64,000 nucleotides of DNA from Deltaproteobacteria bacterium (GCA_021811385.1 JAJZPC010000003.1:3263-67262), one strand, 5' to 3'; counted from the stretch's first letter, positions 19,392-28,477 are shown. A program made the numbers and translations. The notes: generated by a model not told the origin, from the sequence alone.

Positions 19392-20108
19392 ATGCTGACA
19401 CTTTTCCTTTCGCTTGCCCCCATAGCCATTGTCGCTTTTTATGTGTATTTTCGCGACAAGTACGAAAAAGAACCGGTTTTGTTGCTGCTGAAATCCATGT
19501 TGGCTGGCGGCATTATCGTTATTCCTGTGCTTGCTGTAGAAGCCGGGCTCGGCAGCTATTGGGCAGCTAAAATGGGCGGGGAGGCCTCGCAACTGAGCAC
19601 CGCTGCCTATACGGGTTTCGTGGTGGCGGGTTTGACCGAAGAGGTCTTTAAATTCATTGCCCTGTATATTCTTGTCTGGAAAAATCCGAATTTCAACGAG
19701 CGGTTCGACGGTATTGTTTATGCGGTATTCGTATCCTTGGGTTTCGCGGCAATCGAAAACATAGCCTATGTGTATTCGGGCGGGACAGGAGTAGGGATAG
19801 CGCGTATGTTCACGTCCGTGCCTGCTCATGCGCTCTTTGGGGTTACCATGGGTTTTTATTTGGGCTTGGCAAAGTGTTTTCCCCAGGACAAAGAAAAACT
19901 TTTGATTCTGTCGTTGGTTTGGCCCATTATCCTGCACGGGGCATACGATTTCATTATTATGTCGGGCAATGCATTTCTGCTCCTGTCGTTCCTTCCCTTT
20001 GTAGTTTACCTATGGAGAAGCGGCTTTGCGCATATGAGACTCATGTCGCAATCATCGCGGTTCAGCCCCAATCCGCAGGAGTTTTATGTTCCTGATAATC
20101 GCGAATAA
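19392..20108 (+). CDS. prsW: PrsW-family intramembrane glutamic/metallo-protease
   Basis: DKYEKEP, GLTEEVFK, GFAAIEN, PAHALFG, LHGAYDF. Confidence 0.9.
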   Translation: MLTLFLSLAPIAIVAFYVYFRDKYEKEPVLLLLKSMLAGGIIVIPVLAVEAGLGSYWAAKMGGEASQLSTAAYTGFVVAGLTEEVFKFIALYILVWKNPNFNERFDGIVYAVFVSLGFAAIENIAYVYSGGTGVGIARMFTSVPAHALFGVTMGFYLGLAKCFPQDKEKLLILSLVWPIILHGAYDFIIMSGNAFLLLSFLPFVVYLWRSGFAHMRLMSQSSRFSPNPQEFYVPDNRE

Positions 20109-20189
20109 AACAGAGAATTCCGAAGCAACCCGGCCATTTTTTGCGCATGAAGCCACAGAGTGCAAGCCAATGGAAAGGAACAGCACGAA

Positions 20190-20684
20190 ATGATAGAGAA
20201 TTTTTTCGTTATTTTATTCATCATCATCCTGATTCTTGGCGCCATAGCCGGAGGTGAATCGTTCGGTGACACTATTGCGAAAGGGATCGGAGCACTTTTG
20301 GTGTTAGGCTTGCTGGCGACCGGCTATTCCTGGTTTAAAGGAGAGAATGAAAAACGAGAGATGGATGAATCTGCAAACTATAACTTGTGCGTCAGAAATT
20401 TTACTGCAAAGCCACAAAAAGTTGAAATAGAGTCAAGATATATCGCCAAAAATGGATCTATACAAGGACACTATAGACATTCTCCTGATCTCGAAGCTTT
20501 TGATTTCACTCATCTAGTAGCGGAAAAGAAAGGAAAAATGTTTGGTGCCATCGCTTCTGTTAAGGTTGGTGACGGGAAATACACGCTCAACCCTGATCAT
20601 TACATCAAGCTCACACAAGATTCACAAATAAAAATCCAAGAAACAGGGATTACCGTAGAACCTGACGCGTATTGCGGCAACTGA
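20190..20684 (+). CDS. hypothetical membrane-anchored protein (AT-rich)
   Basis: Two N-terminal TMs and a soluble C-terminus; low GC. Confidence 0.6.
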   Translation: MIENFFVILFIIILILGAIAGGESFGDTIAKGIGALLVLGLLATGYSWFKGENEKREMDESANYNLCVRNFTAKPQKVEIESRYIAKNGSIQGHYRHSPDLEAFDFTHLVAEKKGKMFGAIASVKVGDGKYTLNPDHYIKLTQDSQIKIQETGITVEPDAYCGN

Positions 20685-20855
20685 TGACGAATCTGGACGA
20701 AGCCACTGCATCGTGGAGAATCCAGGATGACATGCGGTTTTTCTTTGCAGAGGAGGGCCTGCATCTCATCCTGGTGGACCCCTGTCGCGGCTTTGACGAT
20801 GTTGCGGGGTGGCCGCCCTGTCGGGGAAATTGCGAAACAACAGTAAGGATGCGTC

Positions 20856-21377
20856 ATGAACACGGAAATACGTTTGACCATGCACCAGCCAGAAATCACG
20901 CTTGCGAAGGTGAAGGATTGCCAGGAATTTGTCCTGATCTGCGCCCGGCAAGGGGGCGAGGTCTCCATGACCATTTCGGAAATGTCCTTGCGTGCCTTGG
21001 CTACCCAGGCCGAGGCCCTGCTGCCGCCGCTCAAATCGGCACTTACCCGACCGGAGATGGAGGCCAGCTTTCGGCGGAGCGGCGAGCGGTTGGCTGGTCT
21101 CGATGATCGGGCTTGGCATACTCTGTTGCGCGAGGTGCGGAGCGATAGCTTGACCAAGGCCTTATGGTATCTGAAAAACCCGGAGATCGGCCAGGCGGTG
21201 TTTCGCAATATATCCGAGCGCGTTGCCGTCATCTTGCTGGAGGACCTCACCGAATGTTATCAGGGCAAGAACCCCGATACGGTTCCAGAGGCCGTCGCCA
21301 TCCGGGGGCGGGAAGCGTTGGCGGAGATACTGGAAACCTTGGACAGATTGCAGCAGGAGGGCCGGATCACATGCTGA
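20856..21377 (+). CDS. stand-alone FliG C-terminal (torque) domain protein
   Basis: LDDRAWHTLLREV-x3-L-KAL...VFRNISERVAVILLEDL...EIL-x3-RLQQEGRI aligns by eye with FliG_C (LDDRSIQRLLREV...RNMSxRAA-x-L-x-EDL...RL-x2-EGEI). Confidence 0.8.
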   Translation: MNTEIRLTMHQPEITLAKVKDCQEFVLICARQGGEVSMTISEMSLRALATQAEALLPPLKSALTRPEMEASFRRSGERLAGLDDRAWHTLLREVRSDSLTKALWYLKNPEIGQAVFRNISERVAVILLEDLTECYQGKNPDTVPEAVAIRGREALAEILETLDRLQQEGRITC

Positions 21378-21898
21378 ATCGAAAAACCAAACCCTTTGAT
21401 CTTGCCCACTATCAACGGCTGATCGGCGTGCTGTATCTGCTGGCGCGCCTGATGGGGAAAATGGGTTTGCTGGCCCTTGAGGAGCATATCGACAATCTTC
21501 CCGCCTCGTCGCTTTTTGCGAAGGTGGGTGGGTCCGATCCCGATCATGCCCGCCTGTACAGCGCGGCGGCGGATATCTTTCGCCTGTTGTTGCTTGGGGT
21601 GGAGAATCCGGCGGTAATCGAGCGATCCCTTGACCTCATGGTGGATTACGGCGAATGGGATGCGGCGGCAGCGCGGCTGGCCGAGACGGCGCGGACATTC
21701 CTGTGGGCCATTGCCGTTGGTGAACCGGCAGGGGTTGCCGCCGAGCTGGCCCGACAGGTCATTCCCGTTGCCATCCGGCCGGAGAGCGCGGACTGGGAGA
21801 CCTGGCTTCGGACTCTGGCTGAGCATCCTTCTGGTGGGCATGACATGGATTCGCTAGACAAGGAAATGACTGCCTTTTTTGCCAGTCTGGAGGACTAA
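21371..21898 (+). CDS. soluble MotA-cytoplasmic-domain homolog (no transmembrane helices)
   Basis: YQRLIGVLYLL...GLLALEEHIDNLPASSLF...DIFRLLLLG..NP..IE matches the MotA TM2-TM3 loop; G-PAGVAAELARQVIP-x2-RP-x4-E matches the MotA C-terminal tail; ATGCTGA overlap with the upstream gene. Confidence 0.7.
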   Translation: MLNRKTKPFDLAHYQRLIGVLYLLARLMGKMGLLALEEHIDNLPASSLFAKVGGSDPDHARLYSAAADIFRLLLLGVENPAVIERSLDLMVDYGEWDAAAARLAETARTFLWAIAVGEPAGVAAELARQVIPVAIRPESADWETWLRTLAEHPSGGHDMDSLDKEMTAFFASLED

Positions 21899-22024
21899 AG
21901 GCTGTTATTGTGAGATTATTGCCCTTTGTTGCCGCCATGCGGCGGTGCGGCCTGCATTCTCAGCACCGTGTGGCTGCTCGTGTTGACGGTCGTAAACATC
22001 TGGAAGAACGGTTGATCTGCCTCG

Positions 22025-22372
22025 CTACCACGCAAGCTGCGCCGGGGCAAGGCCCAGGGCAACGGCGATTTGGTTCAGGGTGGCGCGGCGTGGCTTGGAG
22101 GTAGGCCGTTCAAACTTGGCAATGGCTGCCTGGCTGACGCCCATTCGCGCCGCCAGTTCGGCCTGGGTGACGCCGAGATGCTCGCGCCAGGCGCGGATCA
22201 TGGAAACCTTGCCCAGCACGTGTGTCTCCACCACCTCCTGGGGGATGCCGGTGGCCAGCGCCTGCTCGGCTTCGAGCAGGGGGCGGACCCGGTTGAACTG
22301 GTCCCACGGCACCAGGACAAAGGCGGGCTGGCCGTGATATTCGATGGTCTGGTACTCAGTAGGTGCGGTCAT
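22025..22372 (-). CDS. XRE/HigA-type HTH antitoxin
   Basis: IRAWREHLGVTQAELAARMGVSQAAIAKFE. Confidence 0.85.
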   Translation of the reverse strand: MTAPTEYQTIEYHGQPAFVLVPWDQFNRVRPLLEAEQALATGIPQEVVETHVLGKVSMIRAWREHLGVTQAELAARMGVSQAAIAKFERPTSKPRRATLNQIAVALGLAPAQLAW

Positions 22373-22610
22373 CGCGTTTTTTGACCTCCTCGATGCTGAT
22401 GATGCTGATTTCCTCGAAGGCGTTGAAGAGCAGCCGCCAGTTTCCCATCCGCAGGCGGTGGGTGTAGTCGTGGTTGGTCAACGCCTTGACATTGGCGCAT
22501 CTGGGGAAATCGGCCAGGGTGCGGGAGGCGGCAAGCAGCCGCTCCTGAATGGTGCGGTCGTTGATCTTCTTGAGCTGTTTTGCCGCCTTGGGCTGCCAGA
22601 GCACCTTCAT
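22356..22610 (-). CDS. RelE/HigB-family toxin
   Basis: V-W-PKAAKQL-KI, NVKAL, RLRMGNWRLLF, VKKRDDRTY; toxin-first order. Confidence 0.88.
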   Translation of the reverse strand: MKVLWQPKAAKQLKKINDRTIQERLLAASRTLADFPRCANVKALTNHDYTHRLRMGNWRLLFNAFEEISIISIEEVKKRDDRTY

Positions 22611-22820
22611 GGGTTTATGATAACCATATATAACCTTGTGTCAACAGAAAGGTTGTATGCTTGCCGGTGCGCGGAAATCATCGGGGGATGCGAAAAGTCA
22701 CCAGCAGCCGGATGAGATTTCAACGGATTCTCTTGGTAATTGGTAGTCCCGTGGCGTAATCTGCACAGGACAACCGCAACGACAACCTGGGCTTCCGGCT
22801 TGTAAAAAAAGGAAAAGGCG

Positions 22821-23300
22821 ATGGATGTAAAGGGCGTGGCGGAACAAGCAGGGAAGCGGAAGACCGGTTGGCCAAGGTGGGCAAAATGGTCGGCGATAGC
22901 TGCGGGGCTGTTCCTTTGTTTGCTGGCGCTGGCCGTGGTGTTGATCGTGGAGGTGGCTTCAGATCCCGAAAAGGAAGCTCTGAATGAAGAAGACCGCATC
23001 CACCAGGAAATCCAGAATCAGGCGGAAGCTGGTGACGCCCATGCTCAAGATATCGTGGGGGGATGGTATGAACTCAGCATAGTCAGGGCTCTTGACTATG
23101 CCGAGGCCGTGAAGTGGTACCGTTTAGCAGCCGATCAAGGGTATGCCGTTGCCCAATTTCACTTGGGAAGGATGTATGCCGAAGGCAAGGGCGTTGAGCA
23201 GGACCGCGCGCAGGCGGCGATGTGGTTCCGCAAAGCGGCGGACCAGGGATATGCCGAGGCTAAACAACGCTTGAAGCTGCTGGAGGCGGGACAAAATTGA
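22821..23300 (+). CDS. membrane-anchored Sel1-repeat protein
   Basis: TM then WYRLAADQGYAVAQFHLG..Y..GKGV repeats. Confidence 0.85.
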   Translation: MDVKGVAEQAGKRKTGWPRWAKWSAIAAGLFLCLLALAVVLIVEVASDPEKEALNEEDRIHQEIQNQAEAGDAHAQDIVGGWYELSIVRALDYAEAVKWYRLAADQGYAVAQFHLGRMYAEGKGVEQDRAQAAMWFRKAADQGYAEAKQRLKLLEAGQN

Positions 23301-24598
23301 TGGACTTGCAAAAAAGGAGCCCCATGAAGAAACGACAGGGTTGCAGGGTAGCGCTGGTGCTGGTTGTTCTGGTGTGGTTGCCGGTGGTGGCGTCTGCGGG
23401 GGAGGGTTCCCCTGATCCGGGCAATCCGGTGTCCATGGGGTTGGCTTCGTCCGACGAGATCAAGGCAGGGGCGCAGGCGGAGGAAAAAGAGGGGGTCGAA
23501 CGAGCGGTGGTACAGCCTGCCTCTTCGTCAATCCAGGATATCCTGCCCGCGCTCCGGGCAAAGGCGGAAGCCGGTGACGCGAAGGCCCAGCGCTCTCTGG
23601 GGTTCATCTATGAAAAAGGCAAAGGCGTGCCCCGGAACCATGCCGAGGCGTTGAAATGGTACCGCAAGGCGGCGGGCCGGGGAGATGCCCGTGCCCAGCG
23701 GATTCTTGGCTACATGTATTACTACGGCAAAGGCGCGCCCCAGAATTATGGCGAGGCCTTGCTGTGGTACCGCAAGGCGGCGGCCCAGGGGAATGTCGAT
23801 GCCCAATACAACCTGGGGGTCATGTATCAGGACGGCAAGGGTGTGGTCCAGAACCATGGTGAGGCGATGAAATGGTACCGCAAGGCGGCGGACCGGGGGA
23901 ATGCCACTGCCCAATTTAATCTGGGGGGCATGTATCTCGAAGGCAAGGGTGTGGCTCAGGACTATGGAGAGGCGGCCAAATGGTACCGGAAGGCAGCGGA
24001 TCGGGGAGATACCACTGCTCAGAATAGCCTGGGGTTCATGTGCCAACTTGGCAAGGGCATGGCCCAGGATGATGGCAAGGCGGTGCAATGGTATCGCAAA
24101 GCGGCGGACAGGGGAGATGCCAGCGCTCAGAATAGCCTGGGATTTATGTATCACGAAGGCAAGGGCGTGGCGCAAAATTATGGTGAGGCGTTGAAATGGT
24201 ACCGCAAGGCGGCGAATCAAGGGTATGCCGCAGCCCAAAACAATTTGGGAGTTATGTATAGCAACGGCAAAGGCGTGGCTCAAAGTGATGATGAGTCGTT
24301 GAAGTGGTATCGGAAAGCGGCGGATCAGGGGGATGCCGAGGCTCAAGACAGCGTGGGGTTCAAGTATGAGAATGGCATAGGCGTGGCCAAGGATTATGCC
24401 GAGGCGATGCGATGGTACCGCAAGGCGGCGGAGCAGGGGAATGCCGAGGCTCAAAGCCACTTGGCGTTTATGTATGAGGCCGGTAAAGGTGTGCCTCGGG
24501 ATCATGGCGAGGCGTTGAAATGGTGCCGCAAGGCGGCGGACCAGGGAGATGCCTATGGGAAAGAGCTGTTGGAGACATTGAAGGCGAGGCAGAACTGA
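23297..24598 (+). CDS. exported Sel1-repeat protein (about 9 repeats)
   Basis: Signal peptide; tandem 36-aa WYRKAA-x-G-x3-AQ-x-LG-x2-Y-x2-GKGV units. Confidence 0.92.
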   Translation: MMDLQKRSPMKKRQGCRVALVLVVLVWLPVVASAGEGSPDPGNPVSMGLASSDEIKAGAQAEEKEGVERAVVQPASSSIQDILPALRAKAEAGDAKAQRSLGFIYEKGKGVPRNHAEALKWYRKAAGRGDARAQRILGYMYYYGKGAPQNYGEALLWYRKAAAQGNVDAQYNLGVMYQDGKGVVQNHGEAMKWYRKAADRGNATAQFNLGGMYLEGKGVAQDYGEAAKWYRKAADRGDTTAQNSLGFMCQLGKGMAQDDGKAVQWYRKAADRGDASAQNSLGFMYHEGKGVAQNYGEALKWYRKAANQGYAAAQNNLGVMYSNGKGVAQSDDESLKWYRKAADQGDAEAQDSVGFKYENGIGVAKDYAEAMRWYRKAAEQGNAEAQSHLAFMYEAGKGVPRDHGEALKWCRKAADQGDAYGKELLETLKARQN

Positions 24599-24695
24599 CG
24601 CAAAAAAAGGTGGTTGGCGACTGTGCTACGATGCTGACGGCGGTTTTTTGTAGCACTTTATAAGGGCACAGTGCTGGCGGACTTTTAAAAAAAAT

Positions 24696-25752
24696 TCTGA
24701 TTACCATTGAACTTCAGCCAGTCTCAGGAGACGTTGTGGCATAGGCGGAGTTCTTAGGGCAACATAGGCGAGCCTATTGACCATTTCGTGCAACTGAAAC
24801 CGGCGATTGAAACGATAACAAAACTCCGCAAGGTAACGGGGCAGGTGTTTTTCGCTTACAGCGTGGTATGTGCCATGGATGGCATTTTTGACGTTCCCGA
24901 TCATGGTGTTTACCCATTTGAAGACCTTGAACTCATCGTACTCGGTACCGCTGTTGGTAATGATTGGCTCATGACCGCACTCGGCTTGTTTGACTCCAGG
25001 AAAGCAGTTCAGACCGTCGGAGACAACAAGGCTTCCAGGGCTGAGGTGCTTTGAGGACCAGGCGGTGATCTCTTTTTGGGTGAAACCATTGAGATGGCTC
25101 AATCTCAAGGATATGGGATGTCCTTGGGGGGTAATAGACAGAGCTGCGACAAAGGGCATTTTTCCGGAAGCCCCTCGGCCCCTTATGCCGTCACGCTTCT
25201 TGCCGCCCCAATACGCGTCGTCCATGAGCAATAAACCGTATAGAGGCTGACTATCGTCTCTTTCTTTCATAACCTGCTGCAATTTGTGTTTCATGCGCAG
25301 GGCAGCATTGGCCGAGATCCCCATGGTCCTGGCCAGGTTAAGCGAAGATATGCCGTCCTTGGCTTGGGTTATGAGGTAGATGCCGAGAAACCATATCTGG
25401 AGCGGGAGTTTGGTGGCGGCAAATATTGTCTCCCTGATCAGGGATGTTTGAGAATGACAACGGTGGCACTGGTAGACTTTGCGGCTATGGATTTCGCAAT
25501 ATCCAGTATGGCCACACTCCGGGCACTCAAAGCCTTGCGGCCAGCGCATCCTGAAAAGTACGGATCGGCATTGCTCTTCAGTGCCGTATTGGGAGAGAAA
25601 TTGTGTCAAACTCAAACCTCGCTGGAATTGGACTTTGTTTTTGGCCATGGGATTCTCCTTTTAAGTGTGCTTTTGGAGAAGTATCCCATAGGGCCTGGGA
25701 CAAATAGCGTCCTATGCCTCGAAAAAGTAGCTGAAGATTAGTGGTAATCAGA
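24696..25752 (-). mobile_element. IS1595-family insertion sequence
   Basis: Imperfect 23-bp IRs (TCTGATTACCA...CTTCAGC / GCTGAAG...TGGTAATCAGA); 8-bp TSD AAAAAAAT at 24688-24695 and 25753-25760. Confidence 0.9.
24701..25648 (-). CDS. IS1595-family DDE transposase
   Basis: RWPQGFECPECG...YQCHRC zinc ribbon, DDAYWGG, GRG, VSDG, HLPRYLAEFCYRFNRR. Confidence 0.95.
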   Translation of the reverse strand: MAKNKVQFQRGLSLTQFLSQYGTEEQCRSVLFRMRWPQGFECPECGHTGYCEIHSRKVYQCHRCHSQTSLIRETIFAATKLPLQIWFLGIYLITQAKDGISSLNLARTMGISANAALRMKHKLQQVMKERDDSQPLYGLLLMDDAYWGGKKRDGIRGRGASGKMPFVAALSITPQGHPISLRLSHLNGFTQKEITAWSSKHLSPGSLVVSDGLNCFPGVKQAECGHEPIITNSGTEYDEFKVFKWVNTMIGNVKNAIHGTYHAVSEKHLPRYLAEFCYRFNRRFQLHEMVNRLAYVALRTPPMPQRLLRLAEVQW

Positions 25753-25841
25753 AAAAAAATAGACAGTTTCTTTGTTTGTATTTTGAACTTCTGATTTTGC
25801 AAGTCACTGATTTATGTCAAATAACCTAGAGGCTTTTTTTA

Positions 25842-26240
25842 ATGAATGGAGAATTTAGCTGGGGTGAGTGGATTTTGTTGATTCTTTGTTTCCTAATTTG
25901 TACGGGAATTGGTGAGTCTGTAAAAAAGTTCCTGTCGAAGGTCAAAGTCCAAGAGTTTCTCGGAATTGCAATTATGGTGCTGTGTTTATTGTTGGGTGTT
26001 TTTTTTGTGAACTCCACATGGTTGGCGAGAATTGCATCGATAATGAATAATAGTGAAATCTCGGCAGTAGCCGCAGGAGCATTTGCTGTCTTGGGTCTTA
26101 TTTCCGGCGTTGCTGGTAATTCGAAATCTGTATTTATTGCACAGGAAATCAGTGACGATACCTATTCAAAGCTTATCAAGAAAATCGAGGAACTCGAGAG
26201 TCGAACCTTGAAACGAATTGATGAACTTGAACGAAAGTAA
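25842..26240 (+). CDS. hypothetical membrane protein (3 TM, AT-rich)
   Basis: Three hydrophobic segments and a coiled-coil-like tail. Confidence 0.55.
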   Translation: MNGEFSWGEWILLILCFLICTGIGESVKKFLSKVKVQEFLGIAIMVLCLLLGVFFVNSTWLARIASIMNNSEISAVAAGAFAVLGLISGVAGNSKSVFIAQEISDDTYSKLIKKIEELESRTLKRIDELERK

Positions 26241-26345
26241 AACGGGGCACCCTGAATATCTTAAGCAGTCTGAGGAATTAGGGGGTGCGCATGATTTAAT
26301 GCGTTTCTTGCTGAGGGGGACTCTGGAGGCCCGATTTTTTAAGAA

Positions 26346-26732
26346 TCAAACCTGCTGCACCGGGCCGGGGTACTGTGCCACCAAAACATCGGCGGTTAAC
26401 AAGGTGATACCCTCGACAGTTGCTTGCGCAACAAGGATGCGGTCGAAAGGGTCTTTGTGGAGGAGGGGCAAACTGTCGATAAAGACGGCATGCTCACTGG
26501 TAATTGCCAGTTCCTGATAACCGTTGTCCAGCAGCCCACGGCGTAGCACTCTCGCATCCACCTGAAAATCGGAACGCCCCAGGCTGCGTTTGATGACAAT
26601 TTCCCAAAGGCTGGCCGCGCTGAAAAGCAGTTCGTTTTGCAGGTCTTCCATCAGGATGCGCGCCGTGGCGGGCAACTGGCCGGGAGACCCTGCCGCCCAT
26701 AGTAACAAGTGGGTGTCCAGCAGCAGCTTCAT
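26346..26732 (-). CDS. vapC: VapC PIN-domain toxin
   Basis: LLLDTH, SAASLWEI, HKDPFDRILVAQA, LLTAD. Confidence 0.93.
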   Translation of the reverse strand: MKLLLDTHLLLWAAGSPGQLPATARILMEDLQNELLFSAASLWEIVIKRSLGRSDFQVDARVLRRGLLDNGYQELAITSEHAVFIDSLPLLHKDPFDRILVAQATVEGITLLTADVLVAQYPGPVQQV

Positions 26733-26974
26733 TCTTCACCGCCAAAAAGCCGTTTGATTTCCTCGCTGCCCATGCGGTCGAAATCGTCAGGAATGGTAAC
26801 TTGGCCCTCCATGAAGCCCAGCCTCCTGACATGTTCCGCTGACGGAGCATCCAGCCGAGTCACCTTGACCAACGGTTTTCCAGCCTTGGCAATAATGAAG
26901 GAATCCCCTTTTACCGCCTGATCTATCAGGCGCGACAGTTGAGTCTTGGCTTCGTGGATATTGAGCGTTTGCAT
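26729..26974 (-). CDS. Phd/YefM-family antitoxin
   Basis: NIHEAKTQLSRLI...IIAKAGKP; overlaps the vapC start. Confidence 0.92.
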   Translation of the reverse strand: MQTLNIHEAKTQLSRLIDQAVKGDSFIIAKAGKPLVKVTRLDAPSAEHVRRLGFMEGQVTIPDDFDRMGSEEIKRLFGGEE

Positions 26975-27176
26975 AGTGGGCCTCACTGAACTAAGTTTTG
27001 TTAGTTTAGTTTATCTGGGGTTGGGGGGAGGCGCAAGATGTTTTTTGGGAGATCCCGGTTTTCCCAAGCTTGCATGTGCGCGGAACAAGGGACAAGGCAC
27101 TTGAGAGGGAGGACGTTGTTGATTTGTCGACTAACTCTCTGAGGGAGTTCATTCCCGCATCATGCCTGATACCGGA

Positions 27177-27461
27177 TTACAACCGGTTCGGCCAGGTGCG
27201 CGACGTATGGTACACTCGCAGGATTTGCAGAAGGTCTTCTTTGACCCGGTAGGGTACGATATAGGGAGTTTTAGGAATAACAAGCTCTTTGGTTCCGGGA
27301 ACACGGCCCACTCGACCGAGCCCTGGTTGTTCTTTCAATAATGAAACCGCCTTGAGGATTTTCAGCACAACATCGTCTGCTGCTGATGGGTTATCCTGTG
27401 CTATGTAGGCATCTACCTCATCAAGATCGAGCAATGCTCGTTTTAGCCATTTAACGTGCAA
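27177..27461 (-). CDS. RelE/ParE-family toxin
   Basis: V-W-x2-AL-DL, YIAQDNP-AA, GRVPGTKELV, ILRVYH; probable TTG start. Confidence 0.88.
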   Translation of the reverse strand: MHVKWLKRALLDLDEVDAYIAQDNPSAADDVVLKILKAVSLLKEQPGLGRVGRVPGTKELVIPKTPYIVPYRVKEDLLQILRVYHTSRTWPNRL

Positions 27462-27699
27462 GCTTGGCCTCTCGCTGGGCAAGCACCTCATCATGATCCA
27501 GAAAAATAGCCTCATGGCTATCCGCTTCGACCAAGGCATCCTGAATGCCTTTTATCTGCCATTCGTTTACATCAAGATACTGTTCCAGCGCCTCTTCGAT
27601 GACGAAGGATTTTGAGCGGCGAGTAGCGCGAGCAAGAGCTTCAATACGGCTACGGGTGTCGGGCTTGACCCGTACTGTCAAACTGGCGGCCTTGAGCAT
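27451..27699 (-). CDS. CopG/ribbon-helix-helix antitoxin
   Basis: LTVRV...LARATRRSKSFVIEEAL; GAGGAGG RBS. Confidence 0.85.
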   Translation of the reverse strand: MLKAASLTVRVKPDTRSRIEALARATRRSKSFVIEEALEQYLDVNEWQIKGIQDALVEADSHEAIFLDHDEVLAQREAKLAR

Positions 27700-27727
27700 G
27701 ATATTCCTCCTCAGGTAAAATGTAAAC

Positions 27728-27744
27728 ACATTGTAATACAATGC
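27728..27744. promoter_or_regulatory. palindromic operator of the CopG-ParE TA pair
   Basis: CATTGTAATACAATG near-perfect palindrome just upstream of the antitoxin. Confidence 0.55.
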
Positions 27745-27864
27745 ATTGCAATGGTCAAGGCGCACTGGGGAGATGAATCGAGATCGGCAAGATGGGGATC
27801 AGATCTTGAAAAGTAAGTTTTTTTGCGTCTTGATATTCTCAGTTTTTTTGCAAAAAAACAAACC

Positions 27865-28197
27865 TCAGTGGGCGCGGGCGGTGGTTTCGTCCAGACGCTC
27901 GGCGACCCAGGCGTTGAGGCTTTTGCCTGCGGCCCTTGCGGCGATGTAAATTTTGCGGTGCAGGTCCGGGGAGAGGCGCAACACGAACTTGCCGGTAAAC
28001 GATTTTTCCGGGGCCTGTCCAAGCTGGGCGCAAAAGTCCAGGTAATCGTCCACTGAGTCATGAAACGCCTGCCGGACCTCATCGACCGTGGTTCCCTGAA
28101 AGGTGATGACGTCACGGGTGTTGATGACGTCGCCGTGGAAAATACCGGCCTCGTCGTCAAACTCGACCTTGCCTACATATCCCTTGTATTCCATCAT
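27865..28197 (-). CDS. hicB: HicB antitoxin
   Basis: MEYKGY-G-VEFD...DVITFQG...SVDDYL...GKFVLRL-PDLH...SLN-W. Confidence 0.92.
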   Translation of the reverse strand: MMEYKGYVGKVEFDDEAGIFHGDVINTRDVITFQGTTVDEVRQAFHDSVDDYLDFCAQLGQAPEKSFTGKFVLRLSPDLHRKIYIAARAAGKSLNAWVAERLDETTARAH

Positions 28198-28448
28198 GGC
28201 GCTTGCCCTCCTGCTTCAATAAATCTCCGGACAGAGACCACCGCGCCACGGTCTGTTTCCTTTTGTGGATGCGGGAGGTGAAAGGTGGCTCTGGCCCCGT
28301 TGAGCAGAAACCGAACCCGCGAGCCATTGCCTTCGTAGCGCTCAGCCCCCATGGCCACGAGGAGCGCCTCAATGTCATCCCAGGGGATGTTGGCTCGAAC
28401 AGGATCGGCAAAGATGGCTTCCAGGGTTTTGCGGTGTTTGCTGTTCAC
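28194..28448 (-). CDS. hicA: HicA toxin
   Basis: KHRKTL-AIF-DP, W-DIE-L, EG-GSRV, FH-PHP. Confidence 0.92.
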   Translation of the reverse strand: MNSKHRKTLEAIFADPVRANIPWDDIEALLVAMGAERYEGNGSRVRFLLNGARATFHLPHPQKETDRGAVVSVRRFIEAGGQAP

Positions 28449-28456
28449 ATGTATTT

Positions 28457-28477
28457 AGTATCATAATTAGATACTAT
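28457..28477. promoter_or_regulatory. palindromic hicAB operator
   Basis: TAGTATC-ataatta-GATACTA. Confidence 0.6.

Noticed and set aside
20856-21898. Zorya or ordinary flagellar mot/fli operon
   Set aside because: No MotB/ZorB partner, no TM helices in the MotA-like protein, and no FliG N/M domains or other flagellar genes
23560-24560. CRISPR-like periodic repeats
   Set aside because: The 108-bp periodicity is in-frame Sel1 coding repeats; there are no unique spacers or cas genes
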